A stretch of 63,995 nucleotides of DNA, counting the filler, from Ionaspis alba (Eukaryota), in the NCBI GenBank assembly GCA_964255285.1. It is 13 parts of 13 records of this genome, joined end to end, with 100 filler letters (N's around TTAATTAATTAA, not from the genome) between each part and the next. Parts side by side here need not be neighbours in the genome. Positions count along the whole stretch, not along the records: positions 20,094 to 24,986 come from CAXUUL010001063.1; positions 25,087 to 29,962 come from CAXUUL010001064.1; positions 30,063 to 34,933 come from CAXUUL010001065.1; positions 35,034 to 39,868 come from CAXUUL010001066.1; 9 more parts are not named here. One strand, 5' to 3'. Position 1 is the first letter of the stretch. The number at the start of each line of letters is the position of its first letter. This document shows positions 22,339 through 35,806 of this stretch, piece by piece. The position numbers and the translations under genes are program-made. The notes beneath the pieces were generated by a model that was not told where the DNA came from, searched no databases, and was given only the letters and a program-made list of their open reading frames with translations.

Positions 22339-24038
22339 ATGTTCTCCAGCGTAAGTCGGTGGACTCTCCAACTGGTCTGATAAAATACTCTCTGTTTCTA
22401 GCAGCTGCAACATGTTTGTGTTGAAGATTCCTCTTTTACCACGTACAGCCAAGTGCTGCTGTGAATGGCTCGTCAGAAGACCGAGGTCCTATGTTGGTCG
22501 TCTGACCTCTGCTTTTGAAACTCCATCATTCATAAATCACATTGCTTTGTGGACAACACCAATGAACGATCTTTGGGATAACCAAAGATTGGTTCTGTTG
22601 AGCTACAATCTGTGGATACCATGTGTAGTTGACCTTCGACATAACGCTGACATGTTTGGAAAGGCAAAACCCTACTCGGCCGTAACAGCTCAGATAGAAC
22701 GGCTTACTGGAGAAGGCTACGAGGTCGATGATCTCAGTGGTATTGTAGATCTCATCGAGGTCATCAATCTACAGAACAGTGGACCGACAGAAGCAGCAAG
22801 AGCAATCCGCAAGAAGCTGTACGCCTGTACGCTATGTGATCTTTGCGGTACAAAAGCTGACCCCGCGACTTCAGGAAGTATGGTAATGTACATCGACAAT
22901 TACGTGCTTTGACACTGTTGGATGGGCTCATTCAAAATGCTGGCACACGCTTCCAACGCAATTTCGCTGATGAACCTCTACTGGAGCGGCTTCGAGTGGC
23001 CGGAACAGACACGCTTTCGGACGATGAGGTGAAGGCAAAATGCCGAACTCTGTTTGGCCAATGGGCCGCTTCATACAAATCCACTCCGGGTATGGAAGGG
23101 ATCGCCGCCCTGTATAGACAGCTTCCAAAGCGCAAGAAAGCTGTCACCCAGGAGCAGTCACGAGTGATCAGAGAAACTGCAGCTCCTGTGGTTGATGATG
23201 AGGAGGACGAAGGGGAGCACTCTGGGCACAGAGTCACAGATCCGTTTGGAAGTGTCCCGGCGCGAACAGTCGCATTGAACCCATACATCGCCACTTCCTC
23301 GCGGCCAACACTGGTCTCACCTGCCTCGTCTACTTCATCCGCTCAGAAAGTGGATAAGAAGAACAAGAAAACGAAAGTCAAGCCATTCAACTTTGAGAAA
23401 GAGAAATCGGCCATAAAGTCTGCTATCGGCGACGCATCCTTCACTAGTACTAGTCTCATGAACGCTATGAAGCTTGTGGACAGGGAGAAGAAGCGGGTCA
23501 GTGAAGACGCGATGGTAGAAAGATATTTCCAAGAATGCAAGCAGCTTCGCAGACGGATCCTAGGCTACATTCAGCGGGTGACGGACGAATCTTTCCTCGG
23601 GAGTCTTCTGCAGGCAAACGACACTCTAGTCGAAGCTCTAATGACCTGGGAAGTCCTTGATAAAAGCGTCGAAGACGACAGTGACAGCGAAGATGAGTGG
23701 AACGACGACCGCCCATCGGCTACAAGACATAGATCTTCATCCACACAACAAACTCATACACGAATGGCAGGCTTGAGCATCGACAAACCGAGTGCCACTG
23801 CTCAGCAGCCGAAGCCAAACTTCGTTGTCATGCCACCCCCGAATGGCAGAAGTAGGGAGAATGATGACAGCGATGAGGAGGAAGCTGAACCAGAGGAGGA
23901 TGAAGATGAGAACGATCCATTTGCAGACAGGAATGCTGTAAGCACGCCAAGGATGGAGAAGGATGGCATGACTTGGTGAGAATCCTACCTCATTGCGAAT
24001 TTGAATTGTACTGACCATAGCATAGGCGGGACGTTTGA
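22339..24038 (+). CDS. LSB5: LSB5-like VHS/GAT domain endocytic adaptor
   Basis: MFSS | 313-nt intron | AKPYSAVTAQIERLT..DLIEVINLQNSGPTEAARAIRKKL | KYGNVHRQLRALTLLDGLIQNAG; GAT-like CKQLRRRILGYIQ..LGSLLQAND; acidic tail with DPF; last exon RDV*. Confidence 0.9.
22461..22610 (+). ncRNA. Candidate intronic box H/ACA snoRNA in LSB5 intron 1
   Basis: Hairpin (gtgaatg..cattcat enclosing gtcaga..tctgac), ANANNA box AAATCA at 22534-22539, second hairpin (caaca..gatctttgg-gataa-ccaaagatt..tgttg) and ACA at 22605-22607, 14 nt from the upper stem. Confidence 0.35.
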
Positions 24039-24336
24039 AGATTCCTAGCCGCGAGCTTTCCGCCGGCACTTGCATTACAGGCGCGTTTGCCGATTTTATG
24101 GGACGATAAAGGCAGATACAACACACGATGTATGGACACGCGATTTTGTTTTGAGCGACAGCATGAGCAGGTTTCTTCCAATACCTGATTATCACAATCC
24201 GTGTATGCAGCCTTATCCATGCCATATCAGTCCACCAAGTCCCCCCACATGATTGAAAGCCTATCTATCAAGCATCCTGAAAAGCACCACAGATCCTGCC
24301 ACCTCTTCAAATCCCACAGTCCCACTTCTCATACCC

Positions 24337-24531
24337 CTAACAATCCTCCACCGGCCGCAGGAGTCCCCTATGCACTCTCGTTACTTCTCGAACGCCCTGT
24401 CTTCCCCCCTGAACTGGCAGTCGCCACTCCCAAGGCCAGCGAGGCTCGTAGGTGATCTTCATCTGCACGCGGAAAATACAGCTGAAGAGGGTTACCGCAG
24501 TGGCTACCCAGAATAGTAGCTGGGAAATCAT
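24337..24531 (-). CDS. Possible 64-aa single-TM microprotein
   Basis: caagATG context and hydrophobic N-terminus MISQLLFWVATAVTLFSCIF; convergent with LSB5; no family recognised. Confidence 0.3.
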   Translation of the reverse strand: MISQLLFWVATAVTLFSCIFRVQMKITYEPRWPWEWRLPVQGGRQGVREVTRVHRGLLRPVEDC

Positions 24532-26794
24532 CTTGCTGCTTAGGATTTGGGCGATAAGTCAAATTTGGTGAATAAATGAAGGAGTGGTGTTCGAGACAGC
24601 TGGTCTGGCGTTGTGGAGGTGAAAATCTGGAGCCGTGGATAAGAAGATTGACAGGTCCGATCGAAGGAGTGATCCGTTCTGAGATATCTTAAATCTGCCG
24701 TAGAAAGCGAGAGATGCGGAACAAAGAACCCTGTCACGCTCATTGATTCATTCATTCTCCTTTGTGACACCTCCTCTCAAGCCAGCTGGTAACATGCTCT
24801 TCCAAACAAAGAACTCGAACCCCCAGATTTCGGTAGCATATACCTCAGCTCACAGCAATGACGGCGACCTCCAAGATATAACATCCACCCAGACACGTAT
24901 CCCCCCACATCACTAACCTCCATGATGTGCCCCCATCGCCATCCCAAAAGTCGGCAACGCCTCCGTATTCGTCAACGGACCACCCGNNNNNNNNNNNNNN
25001 NNNNNNNNNNNNNNNNNNNNNNNNNNNNNNTTAATTAATTAANNNNNNNNNNNNNNNNNNNNNNNNNNNNNNNNNNNNNNNNNNNNTTTTTTTTCGAGCA
25101 CACCACCAGTGATCGCTGCCCTCCCCATTTCAACATCTCGATCTTGGAAACCTCCTCCGTGGGCATGGACTCATCGCGACCGTGTGTACTGCAGATCTCA
25201 GGTCATGATCCACTGCTGATCGGGTTTCCAAACCAACGTCTGGATCATCTCGAGACTGGTTGGTCCGGGAACGTATCGTCAGGGTTCATCCCTTCAGATT
25301 GGATATAAATAATGTCGCGATGCTTATGCCAAAGCCACGCGTGGAATGATTGGATCATTTGAACTCTACAGCTTCCCATGTTCTTTTTCGGAGCTCCTTA
25401 TCTTGTCGTTAGATGATGCTCTTCCAATGAACGCGGGATTCATGGTCTTGCCACAGTATTATTGCCGTTCCCCACAAGCTGAGTGGGGATGATAGGATGA
25501 GGTACTTGTAGTGCTGACGGGGTCTGATCGGACGAGCAGGTAGGAAGAGGACAGTTGTTACGGATTAAACGATTGGGTTCTCATGTCCTCCGTGCGTTTT
25601 GACCGGCATGATGATGCTGAGGATGAGGATGATGATGGTGACTACCATGAAGGATTTGATATCCTTCGGCACTTGATTCTCCGCCTCATCTCTAACGTGC
25701 GATCTGACGGGCTACGGAGGTGTGTATGTGTGCATGTGTGTGTGGGTGGGTGGCCAGACTCCATTATTGAGCACGGCAGAAGGGGGGAGGAGACAGCGGA
25801 CAAGGGCCCTGGTTGGTGTGTGTCAGGGGCAAGATGATTCGTCCATCAGCTAAATGTCCCCGGGCCTCCCTGGGGCCGGTCTTCAATCCGACACTCTGGA
25901 ACTGGTAAAGCAGGAAGCCACGGAGGTAGACGTAGTGCGCGTGTGGCCCGATCACTTCTTCTCCACCTTTGAAGCAATTCGGCAGACGGTGTCAAGTCGT
26001 CAATCAAACAAATTCCTCTCCCCTCCTCTCTCTTGCGCGCTCTCTCCACTGCGGCGCTCACCCGAGCCACCACCACCACCCCCCCATGCCCTCGTTGCAT
26101 GTCGCCGCGGAAAATCTCCCCATGATCGTATCTAGCAGCTTCTCGTAGTCTTCAAACTAAGGTCCTGGTAGCTTGCTTGGCCACGAGGAGACCCATCCCA
26201 AAGGACTTCCCGCACTCATCACAGACGACCTTCCGCCTTCACTAAGGTACTTCTAGCTGCTTTCCCAATTGCGCTTGTCCGTCTCCCTCCCTCTTGTCCT
26301 TCAGGTCTGTCACTTGGAGGTGTGACTTGGACGCTTCAACATAGAATACTCATGCCTAATCGATCCAATCCCACGGTACGTGAAGAACCGTTGACCGCCG
26401 TTTGCCCCAAACTGATCCATCAATCTTACCTATCTGACCGGTGCTTCCCCACCTCCATATTCCTACGGAGGAGCCCATACACCCACTCTCCAAATTCAGT
26501 GGAAAGATCACGTTCTGTGTGTCGGTACGCGCTGCTAATGCGGTAATATCGCCAGGTCTTGAAATCCTAGGACCGGTTAAAGCATCCACCAGCCTGCGCT
26601 GTACATCATTTCCTGACTGTTGGATCGTGCAGACGCGAGCTGCACACAAGTATCCATCCAAGCCCCATGCCCTGAAGAATCTCCACCGGAAACACTTGAA
26701 AGGCGAAAAAATCCAGTCAGCTGGCCGCAGATGATTTTGCTCTTCGACATGAACCGATGGACTTGATCTACGCGGGCAGTTGAGAAAGTAAAAC

Positions 26795-29700
26795 ATGGAG
26801 GAACTTGGACCCGAGGCATCCAAACGGCCACGACTGGACGCCTTCGGTGGAGTTCCATCGGCGCATCGTATGCACCAGCAACATTCCGAGTCACCGTTAC
26901 CGTTACACAGCTACCAGGGTACGCAAGCTCTCCGGCCTCCTTCAGCCTACAGTCAGCCTTTGCCGCCATCTCCGTACGATCCTGTGGGCGAGCAACGAAA
27001 CCCGTCCGAACCCGTTGTTCCTCCTCCTCCATCACAACAGCAGCACAATTACTCTCTTCCTCACTCTGGCTACAATACTCCCGGCCGAGACGTCGCCCGC
27101 CCCTACCAGCCCGATCTCAGCTACTCCAGACAAGGAAGCTTCTCGGCGCCCACCAGATCCCCGGATGAAGGCCAACCCTCGTCTGCCCTTCGTCCCATCA
27201 ATACCGTTTCCGCGAACGAAGGCCAGCACTATCAACCCCTTCCTCATCCAGAAGCTGTAGGCCACCCCGGCGGCTACATTCCACATGAGGGATATCCGAA
27301 TGGCCAACCCCATGGACTTCCAATGTCGAGCCATCTCGATCCGTCGCAACGACCGCCTCCTCCAGCTCCAAGCCTCACTGGTGCCTACAGTGAGTCGCCA
27401 GCCAGCAACGGTCCGCTTCCGTACGGTGTAAGTCCTTACGGTGGTCCTCCGCCGGATAGTCCTTGGGGTAAAGGTATGCCGATGGGTGCCAGGAAAAGCA
27501 CGCGAGCCCAACAGGTGCGCTTCATCTCGGTTACTTTTTCCGAGCTATGTTGACCGTTTGGGCACAGGCTTGCGATACTTGCCGTGCGAGAAAGGCCAAG
27601 TGCGATGAGGGCAAACCGGTTTGTGCGTACTGTCGAGAGCAGAATCTGCCGTGCAATTATAAGGAAGTCGCGCCTGCAAAGTGAGTTCTGCGTTTTTCTC
27701 TGTTGTGTATTGNNNNNNNNNNNNNNNNNNNNNNNNNNNNNNNNNNNNNNNNNNNNNNNNNNNNNNNNNNNNNNNNNNNNNNNNNNNNNNNNNNNNNNNN
27801 NNNNNNNNNNNNAGTATGCCACAGGTCTTTGATCAGCAAGCGTTTGATGTTTCCAACAGTGCACACGATGGCAATTTCGGCTCGATTGCCGTTGATCATA
27901 CGACGGGCGTCCATAGATTACTGCAATGGGCGACCATCAAGGAGATGGTGGTTCCAAGGTTTGCGCGTGAAGATTATGTTATGGAAACCGAGGAGAGGAA
28001 GGGATTGCTTAGAGTCTACGGAAGGGGTCAAGGTCGTGACTTGTACGATGGAGGCCACGTTGGACCTGCCAGTCCAGCGACTAGCTCGGCGAGTGGACGA
28101 AGCGATGAAGCTGCTCGGAGTCCGGCGTCATCATCCTCAGATCTTCACGGCAGCCTCGGTCTCCCGAGTCCTCCTGCGATGGATGCCCGAGACTATCCCC
28201 ACGATCACCCTGGGGGATTGAATCTTGACGGAAGTCTGAAACTCGACAAGCCAACCATGTATCGCCTTCAAAGCAGCTACCTTAAGAACATGCATATCAT
28301 GCATCCCTTCCTGAATAAAACAAAACTAAACCGCATGTTCGAGAAGGTCGCCTCTCAGGCAAACACGACCGAGTCTGGGACCATCCGGTCTCCCTTTATC
28401 GCGCACAATCCAATCCTCGGTCCAGATGGCTCCCTGAACAAAGCCACAAAGCGAAAATACTCCAGCGGAACCGGCGCCGGATCACCAGGCGAAATGGCCA
28501 CATCCAACACGTCGCGCGGTGCTGGGGACCAAGGCGTGGAGCGCCGAATTTCCACCGCCATCGTCCTACTCGTAATGGCTCTGGGCAAAATCTGCGAACA
28601 CAAGGACAATCTCCCTGGGCCCGTGCCTGATCACTACAGAGACACTTCCAGTACACCCTCGGGTATGCAATCCGTCTACTCCCCGCGAAATCTCGATTCG
28701 CCGCCGACCAACGCGATCAGGACCTCTGAGACGGGCTATCCGACTTCCTCTGCCATGTCCTCGCCTTCGGACCCTCGGGTTGTGGGCATGAGTAGACGGA
28801 CTTCGACTGAGCCGCAGTCCGGACAGAGAATGGAGAGGAATATTGATATCATACCGGGATTTGCGTATTATGCTCGTGCGACGGATCTGTTGGGAAATAT
28901 GCATGGGGGAAACGATTTGTCCCATGTTCAGGCTAATTTACTGGCGAGTCTGTACGCTTCGCAGATGGCTTGTGCGATTGAGAGTTGGTCGTATATCCAG
29001 ACGGCGTGCAGAGCTTGCTATTTTTTGATCCGAGAGTAAGCAAGCCGCACGCGTATCATCCCTGATGGAAAACACCTCGAGACTGACGGAATTGTTTCTA
29101 TAGCCCGACTTTGGCAAAGCAGCAGGCGTTGAATCCAACGCGTGCGGATTCGATCCGGTTCGCGTACTGGACTTGCTTACAGTTTGAGAGGTAAGTCTAG
29201 GGGACCGTTCCACGGCGTTCTACCTGGGAAATGCTACGTATACTAACATTTTCACAAAAGTGACATTATAGCCGAACTTGATCTCCGACGAAGTGGCATC
29301 GGAGAAATCCATGTCGATTACCCAAAAGGTGTTTCCGAAGCCGACACAGGCCTAGTCCAACCCACCGGCTCCGAGGAAACAATCATGAGGCTCTACTCCG
29401 CCCAGATCCATCTCCGCACAACCCTCAACCACATCCAGAGCATACTCTACCCTCCCGACGGTACGTTCACCCAGCCACCCCAAGTCCTCGAGTCTTTTGT
29501 CGCATATAGTAGTACTGACAATGCCATCACCCTTCCAGCCGTCAACGGCCGCGTCCCCTGGACCGCCAAAAGACTGCTCAAAGAACGCGACGGCTGGGAA
29601 GCCTCCCTCCAAACATGGTGGGATCTTCTCCCCACCGATTATAAATGGAAACCCACCGACCCCCCCGCCGAAGACATCAACGTCGCTCGGCTCCGCGCCA

Positions 29701-29962
29701 AATATTACGGCACCAGATATATCACCTACCGCCCCTTTCTCAACTATGCCCTGCACTCGATGAACAATCAGGGCTATATTCCGTCAGAAACGGGGAGCGG
29801 CCCGTCGGGGAGGAATGTTGTGGCGATGGGACCCCCGGATCCGCATCGGGAGGAGATTCTGAGAAGTGCGAAGTTGTGTCTTGAGGCGGCGATGCATAGT
29901 ACGGAGGCTTTTGATGGGGTGATGAAGCATTCGAGGTTGATTGTTACGAATATTTTTGGGAC
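26795..29962 (+). CDS. Zn(II)2Cys6 fungal transcription factor, interrupted by an N gap and 3' truncated
   Basis: Pro/Gln-rich exon 1; intron 27515-27568; exon 2 ACDTCRARKAKCDEGKPVCAYCREQNLPC; middle region SYLKNMHIMHPFL, NIDIIPGFAYYARATDLLG, AFWTCLQFE and ARLRAKYYG. Confidence 0.93.
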
Positions 29963-30366
29963 NNNNNNNNNNNNNNNNNNNNNNNNNNNNNNNNNNNNNN
30001 NNNNNNTTAATTAATTAANNNNNNNNNNNNNNNNNNNNNNNNNNNNNNNNNNNNNNNNNNNNGGACTGAGCTCCTTCCAAATATAACCAACTTGATTCTA
30101 GATCCCACAGCCCATTCATTAATGCAGCTCTATGGCGTCTTGACTGCCTGACAGATAAGCATTGCTCCGAAAACCTCTGGTGATTGTTACAACGGGATGG
30201 TGCATCAATTATCGAGTCAATTGATAAAGGTGAAAGACGCGTCAGCTGGTACTTCAAAGTACGTTTGCTCACTATTGAGATTATGCATGAATCGCTGTAT
30301 AACGTGCAGTTCCGTTTTGACATTCCGTATCAGACTATGGCACGCTATCTCGAACTCCTCCACGGT

Positions 30367-31253
30367 TCAGTCTAAGAATTGTAGAGGTTGGGGTTTCCCC
30401 CACATATCACATGGGCAAAACCTCCAAGCCCCCCTGTGCTTTGCCGCAAACCAGTAGTGCACAATATAAGGAACGAAGAAGGGCAAGGGGGGAAACTTGT
30501 GGATGCCGCCCTCGTAGCTCCGGTCAGCGCAACCCAATACGCATGGAATGATTGTATCCTGGTGTACACGCGTCGTTAGTGGCTTGCAGATGGGGGCCTG
30601 AAGCAGCTATAATTTCTGCGGAGTTGCGGGGGAGACTCACGAATTGGTTTGGATGAGCTGCTCCTTTTGCTACATTCTCTGTCACGATCCACACTTTCAT
30701 CAACTCTGCGCTATCGTAGCCATCCAACCCTAACAGTGTATCAATCTCTTCCCGTAGATGAGCCAACAGTGGTGGCGCGAAGCCATCCACAAGCCCCTTC
30801 AAAGTGTCCGAACTGTAGCTCCCGGCGCTAGTGTTCTGGGCGTATTGGGCGAAGTCATGTAAGGCGGGTAGGAAAGCCTGATGCTGCTGCATGTTTCCTT
30901 CCATGATGCCCGGCTTCTCGGTGAACTTCTCGAGGGCGGGAAATAGAGTGTTCTCCTCCGTGTCATGGTGGTGTTCGACGGTTTTGACCCATGCTTGGCA
31001 GAAGAACAAGAAGTCGCCAATGTCTTGCGGTGAACGCACGTGCGGCGCTTGGAGATAAACACTGTTCAGACCACGTATCAACACGTTGTGGGCATGGGAC
31101 ATCTCGGATGCACAGTGGATGGCCGAGTGAAGGTTCTAGAGGATGAGGTCAGACAGTAATATAAAGGAGAACGGGGCATCGGACCACATCTTTGGTCTTC
31201 GACGGCGTTTCGATGAGAGGAAAAGGGCTATCAGCCCAAGGCCTTGTCGTCAT
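30367..31253 (-). CDS. Hemerythrin-like (HHE cation-binding) protein
   Basis: Three exons: MTTRPWADSPFPLI, MSHAHNVLIRGLNSVYLQA, HHHDTEE..LFP, QHQAF, HLREEI and HRGAWRFCPCDMWGKPQPL. Confidence 0.9.
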
Positions 31254-31576
31254 GGCCGAGTTGTAATTGTTTTGCACGGGATGCTACGGTAGGTATGAAG
31301 CAGCTTCTGCAATTGACAAAAGGAATACTTCGGCGATGTTCAAATATTTGTCTCGATTATCGGCAATCCTTGTCAGCTGCTCCTGCGGACAGCCCCAATC
31401 GGGTGATTTGTTGGAGACGAGATTCCAAGCATATATGTTGCAGCAGGGCGCAGCAGTCCTGCTAGGAAGTGCCTGGGATGACGCTGACTGCAGTACATAT
31501 CAATCCGTTCCCTTGCTTGAATTCCTGCATTTCCATTTCGTTCAAATGATCATATTCTGCTCCCTGCGCTTCTCAC

Positions 31577-32960
31577 ATGGCTTCGGCACTCCCTCCTGAG
31601 GCCATTGCATATCAGACAGCTCATGCGGGTGAAAATAAAGGTCCAACTGTTATTGCTGTGTCAATTGTTTTGATGATCATAAACATTGTCGTCCTTATAT
31701 TCCGTTTCATTGCTCGACATGTGCAGAAGCTGCCTTACAAGTGGGATGACTGGTTGAGTATCCCGGGGTTGGTGAGTTAGATGCTTCGCTCTATTCTTTC
31801 TCTTACTTTCTGGCTGTGCTTCATCTAATATATTTAGATCATGATAATATTAATGAGCGTTGAAAATATAATCGGTCAGCTCTACTTTCCATGAGCTTTC
31901 TTCCTACTATGCGCTGAATACCGTCCTGCAGCCGTGCACTTTGGCCTGGGCAAACACCTGATATTCACTGATCCAGCAACGGGGTACAAGATTTTGGAGG
32001 TTAGCACATTTTCAATCATGAGAATCCAATTTCTTTGCTTATACCGTGGCTCATAGGTCGGATTCTACCTGTCGCTCACTTACACTCTTGCCCATTGGTT
32101 TATCAAGATGTCTATCCTCCTCTTCTACGTTCGTGTATTCACATTGCGTATGAAATGGTTCAAGATCAGTGTCTATGCAACAATGTTTTATGTTACAGGC
32201 TGGGCGGTCTCTCTTATTGTCTTGATACTCGCGCAATGGTGAGACGGAATGATCAAGGAAAAGAAATAGCCAAACACTAACGATGCATAGCCGTCCCCTC
32301 AGCTACTTCTGGAGCCAATATGATATCTCCGCAAATCCACGGCCAGAGGGCGTCTGTACGGTCGATGCCAGCTCTTCGGAGATTTCGACCAGCATCCTCA
32401 ACACAGTGGCAGACTTTGCGGTCCTTATCCTTCCAATTATCGTTCTAGCTGGGCTACAATTGAAATTGCAGAAGAAGATAGCGATCATCTCTGTTTTCCT
32501 CGTTGGTTCATTGTGAGTACCTGCGGGCGGTGTTCTCCGCGTACGCTATTGAGCGCCTAACCATATCCCTAGCGCTTGTGCAGCCGGCATCGTCCGCATA
32601 ATTACAACAACAACAACCCTTGGTGACGGCACAGACACCACCTGTATGTTTCACTCGCACTTAGTATACGCATAGGGTTCAAGCTAATCAGAGATTCCAG
32701 ATAATGCCGCGAATACCTACCTCTGGACAATGATAGAGGCTTCCGTCGGTCTGACGTGTGCCTGTTTCCCGATCATTGGGCCGATGTTCAAATCCTTGCG
32801 TGACAAGCAACGGTCGAAGAATAGTAGCTACTACAGCGGCAAGAACAGCAATCAAGGCTCCTGGAAACATATGAATCAGAGAGAAAATGCGAGAAGCGCC
32901 GTTGATGATGACAATATGCCTCTTCATGACATGGATTCTCATAGGGGTAGCGGCAGCTGA
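31577..32960 (+). CDS. Pth11-like integral membrane protein (fungal rhodopsin-like domain, no CFEM)
   Basis: Multi-exon: LIFRFIAR..WDDWL, GLGKH, IKMSILLFYVRVF, RPLSYFW, NTVADFAVLILP, KKIAIISVFLVG and WTMIEASVGLTCACFP. Confidence 0.88.
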
Positions 32961-33576
32961 CCACCGCGTCATTCTACCTTACTGGTATCGGACCGGTGCG
33001 ATACCAGATTTGATCTCCATGTCCCTAGTGGAGTGAAGCTCACGATAGCGTCGACTGAGGGTACCATGTTGAGTATCTCCAGCGTTGTTGATACCCAAGA
33101 TCACGATCCGCTTGTATCATCGCAAAGCAGACAACGGTTAGTTGAAGCTGTTCCTCTTGCAGACCTTGCATATATACCATTGTACATTTTATCTCGGAAA
33201 ATTTTGAACATATTGGTCTCCTGGAAACAGACTGGTCGGGGCGGGGAGCTTTGTAAGCTCCCTACTCTAAGAATTTTGTATCTAGTGGCGCTATTTTCAG
33301 ATTAGTATATACCTTTACCGACGAACACTTAGAATACAATATATCATTAATGACACGTCTCCATAGAGTATCTGTGCGTGTGTTTTGTGGCCCTCTGTAG
33401 CACCCCTGAAAGCCTGAAGTCGCTAGCGCCACAATTTCGATTTCTCAACGCAAGGCTAGATCAACGAGTTGAAACCGCACAATCCCAGATACAAACCCAG
33501 CATGCCGATTAGCCTGTTCTCCAGTCCTTGAGCCAGCACAAAAAACATTATTCCCTCTTCCTCAACGTCATTTCAC

Positions 33577-34933
33577 ATGGGATTCTTCAGCAAAGACTCC
33601 CCTAAAAAAAAGAAGAGCAACACCGCTGACACCAAAACCATCCTCAAAGATAGTAATCTTCAGCCCACTGCTGCTGCTAGCCCGCCATTGCCACCGTCTT
33701 CACCATCACCTTCGAGGAAGTCGCCTTCCAGAGCGATAAGGGACCGTGATACACGGGCCTCTTCTTCCTCTTCTGCACATTCGCCAAGGCCTACGAAGGG
33801 GTTTTCGAGAGCTCATAAGTCATCTCGCCAAATTTCAACAGGCTATCCCCGCGATACCCATCCCCTCAACCTTCCACCCGAAGAGCGTGAGCGTGAGAGA
33901 CGACGCTCGGCTTTGCTAGGTATGAGTGATACTACGAGGGAGTCGATGGAAGTGGATCAGGAAGAGGTGGTTTCGGCAACACCATCAAGTCCGCCTCCGA
34001 CATCACCAGGGCCATTTCCGAATACCAATGGAGTCGACCATATGGAAGGAGTTATGAATGGCAATGGCAGTCCCGTTCCTCCTCCACATAGAATACCTAT
34101 ACCCACCGAGCCACAACCTCCTCCAAAACCCACAATAGACGCCGAAGCCTGCAAGACTGCGGGGAACAAATTCTTTAGGATGAGGGACTATGACAAAGCT
34201 ATCAGGGAATACAGCAAAGGTGAGTACCCAGATTTTTAACCCTCATCCCACTTTCAGCTAATAATGCCGTTCGCACAGCAATCGAAGCCGACCCCCAAAA
34301 CCCCACCTATCTCGCCAACCGCTCCGCCGCCCTAATATCCGCCAACCGCTACAAGGAAGCCCTCGCGGACGCCAAAAAATCCGACGAGCTCGAGCCCAAC
34401 AACTCTAAAGTCCTCCACCGCCTTGCCCGCATCTACACAAACATCGGCCAACCCACCGAAGCCCTCAGCATCTACTCCCGCATCACACCCGCCGTCAGCG
34501 CCAAAGACCGCGCCCCCGCCCTATCCATGCAAACCCACATCCAACAAGCCGAAGACGCCCTCCGCGAAGGCACCACAGGCTCAATGGCCCTCCACGCCCT
34601 CGACCAAGCCGAACGCGGCCTCGGTCTCGGCGTCGACAGACCCCGCAAATGGAAACTCCTCCGCGGCGAAGCTTATCTCAAAATGGGGAACGTGAACGCG
34701 CTGGGCGATGCCCAGAATGTAGCCATGTCGCTTTTGCGAAGCAACAACCAGGACCCCGAAGCGTTGGTTCTGCGCGGAAGGGCGTTGTATGCGCAGGGGG
34801 ATAACGAGAAGGCGTTGCAGCATTTTCGGCAGGCGTTGGCTTGTGATCCGGATTTCCGCGATGCGGTGAGGTATCTTAGGATGGTGCAGAAGTTGGAGAG
34901 GATGAAGGAGGAGGGGAATGCTGCGTTTAAGGC
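33577..34933 (+). CDS. TPR-containing DnaJ co-chaperone (DNAJC7-like), 3' truncated
   Basis: AEACKTAGNKFF..YDKAIREYSK | AIEADPQNPTYLANRSAAL, PRKWKLLRGEAYLKMG, DPEALVLRGR and MKEEGNAAFK; the J domain would lie beyond the scaffold end. Confidence 0.85.
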
Positions 34934-35806
34934 NNNNNNNNNNNNNNNNNNNNNNNNNNNNNNNNNNNNNNNNNNNNTTAATTAATTAANNNNNNNNNNN
35001 NNNNNNNNNNNNNNNNNNNNNNNNNNNNNNNNNGTGTGGTTGACGTCATGATCGGGATGCCACGAGGAACTGCACATGCTTGCACAAGCCCTGCGGAATC
35101 GCCCCTGCTAGTACAAGCGATGTGCGATTACTCCACCATCACAAATCTAGAGAGTGAGAACGATAGAGCACATAAGATCATATCATTTGGATGTCTTCGG
35201 TATGGTTAACTGCAAATTCTTACAGCCGGATGAGAAATCGACGGCAATGTCTGCGAATCTGTGAATTGGGTGGACATTAATAATTCCTCTTCGTACGAAA
35301 CTCCTTTGCTCGGCGTCTGTGACTGCTCCGAAAGCCGAAAGGTCGAGATGCACTAAGGAATTAAGGTTGTCGGGCTGTAGGATCGCAGTCGATAGTGCGA
35401 CATGACGTTGATCCATCAATCGGACCCCGACTGCCGTGATATGTTGGGACGAGGGGTCTAAGATGCAATTGTCAGCGCCAAGAGATGGGAAAAACACGGG
35501 TAGCATCTCGCATTTAAGATAGAGGAATCCAATACGACCGAGCGATGGCTCCGGCCTCCTCGTGCTACCCGAAGGGCCCAAGGCTCAAAATCTGCTCTAT
35601 GCTTGGTGCTCTAACTCCGTGCTCCATGTGTGGATCGTTTGTACAGTAATCAGTTTCTAATAGACATGACGAATGTGCTATATCCCACCATTCTGTCCTT
35701 TCTTTACCATTGTGCTTCTTCTGTCCCATCCCACGAACCTACGCATTCGATCTGATCTGTCTGCCGTTCTAACCTCAATTCGTCGTGAACGTGGGAGAAC
35801 CTCAAA

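Noticed and set aside
25608..25750. Short (GAT)n and (TG)n tracts upstream of the Zn2Cys6 gene
   Set aside because: Ordinary imperfect microsatellites.
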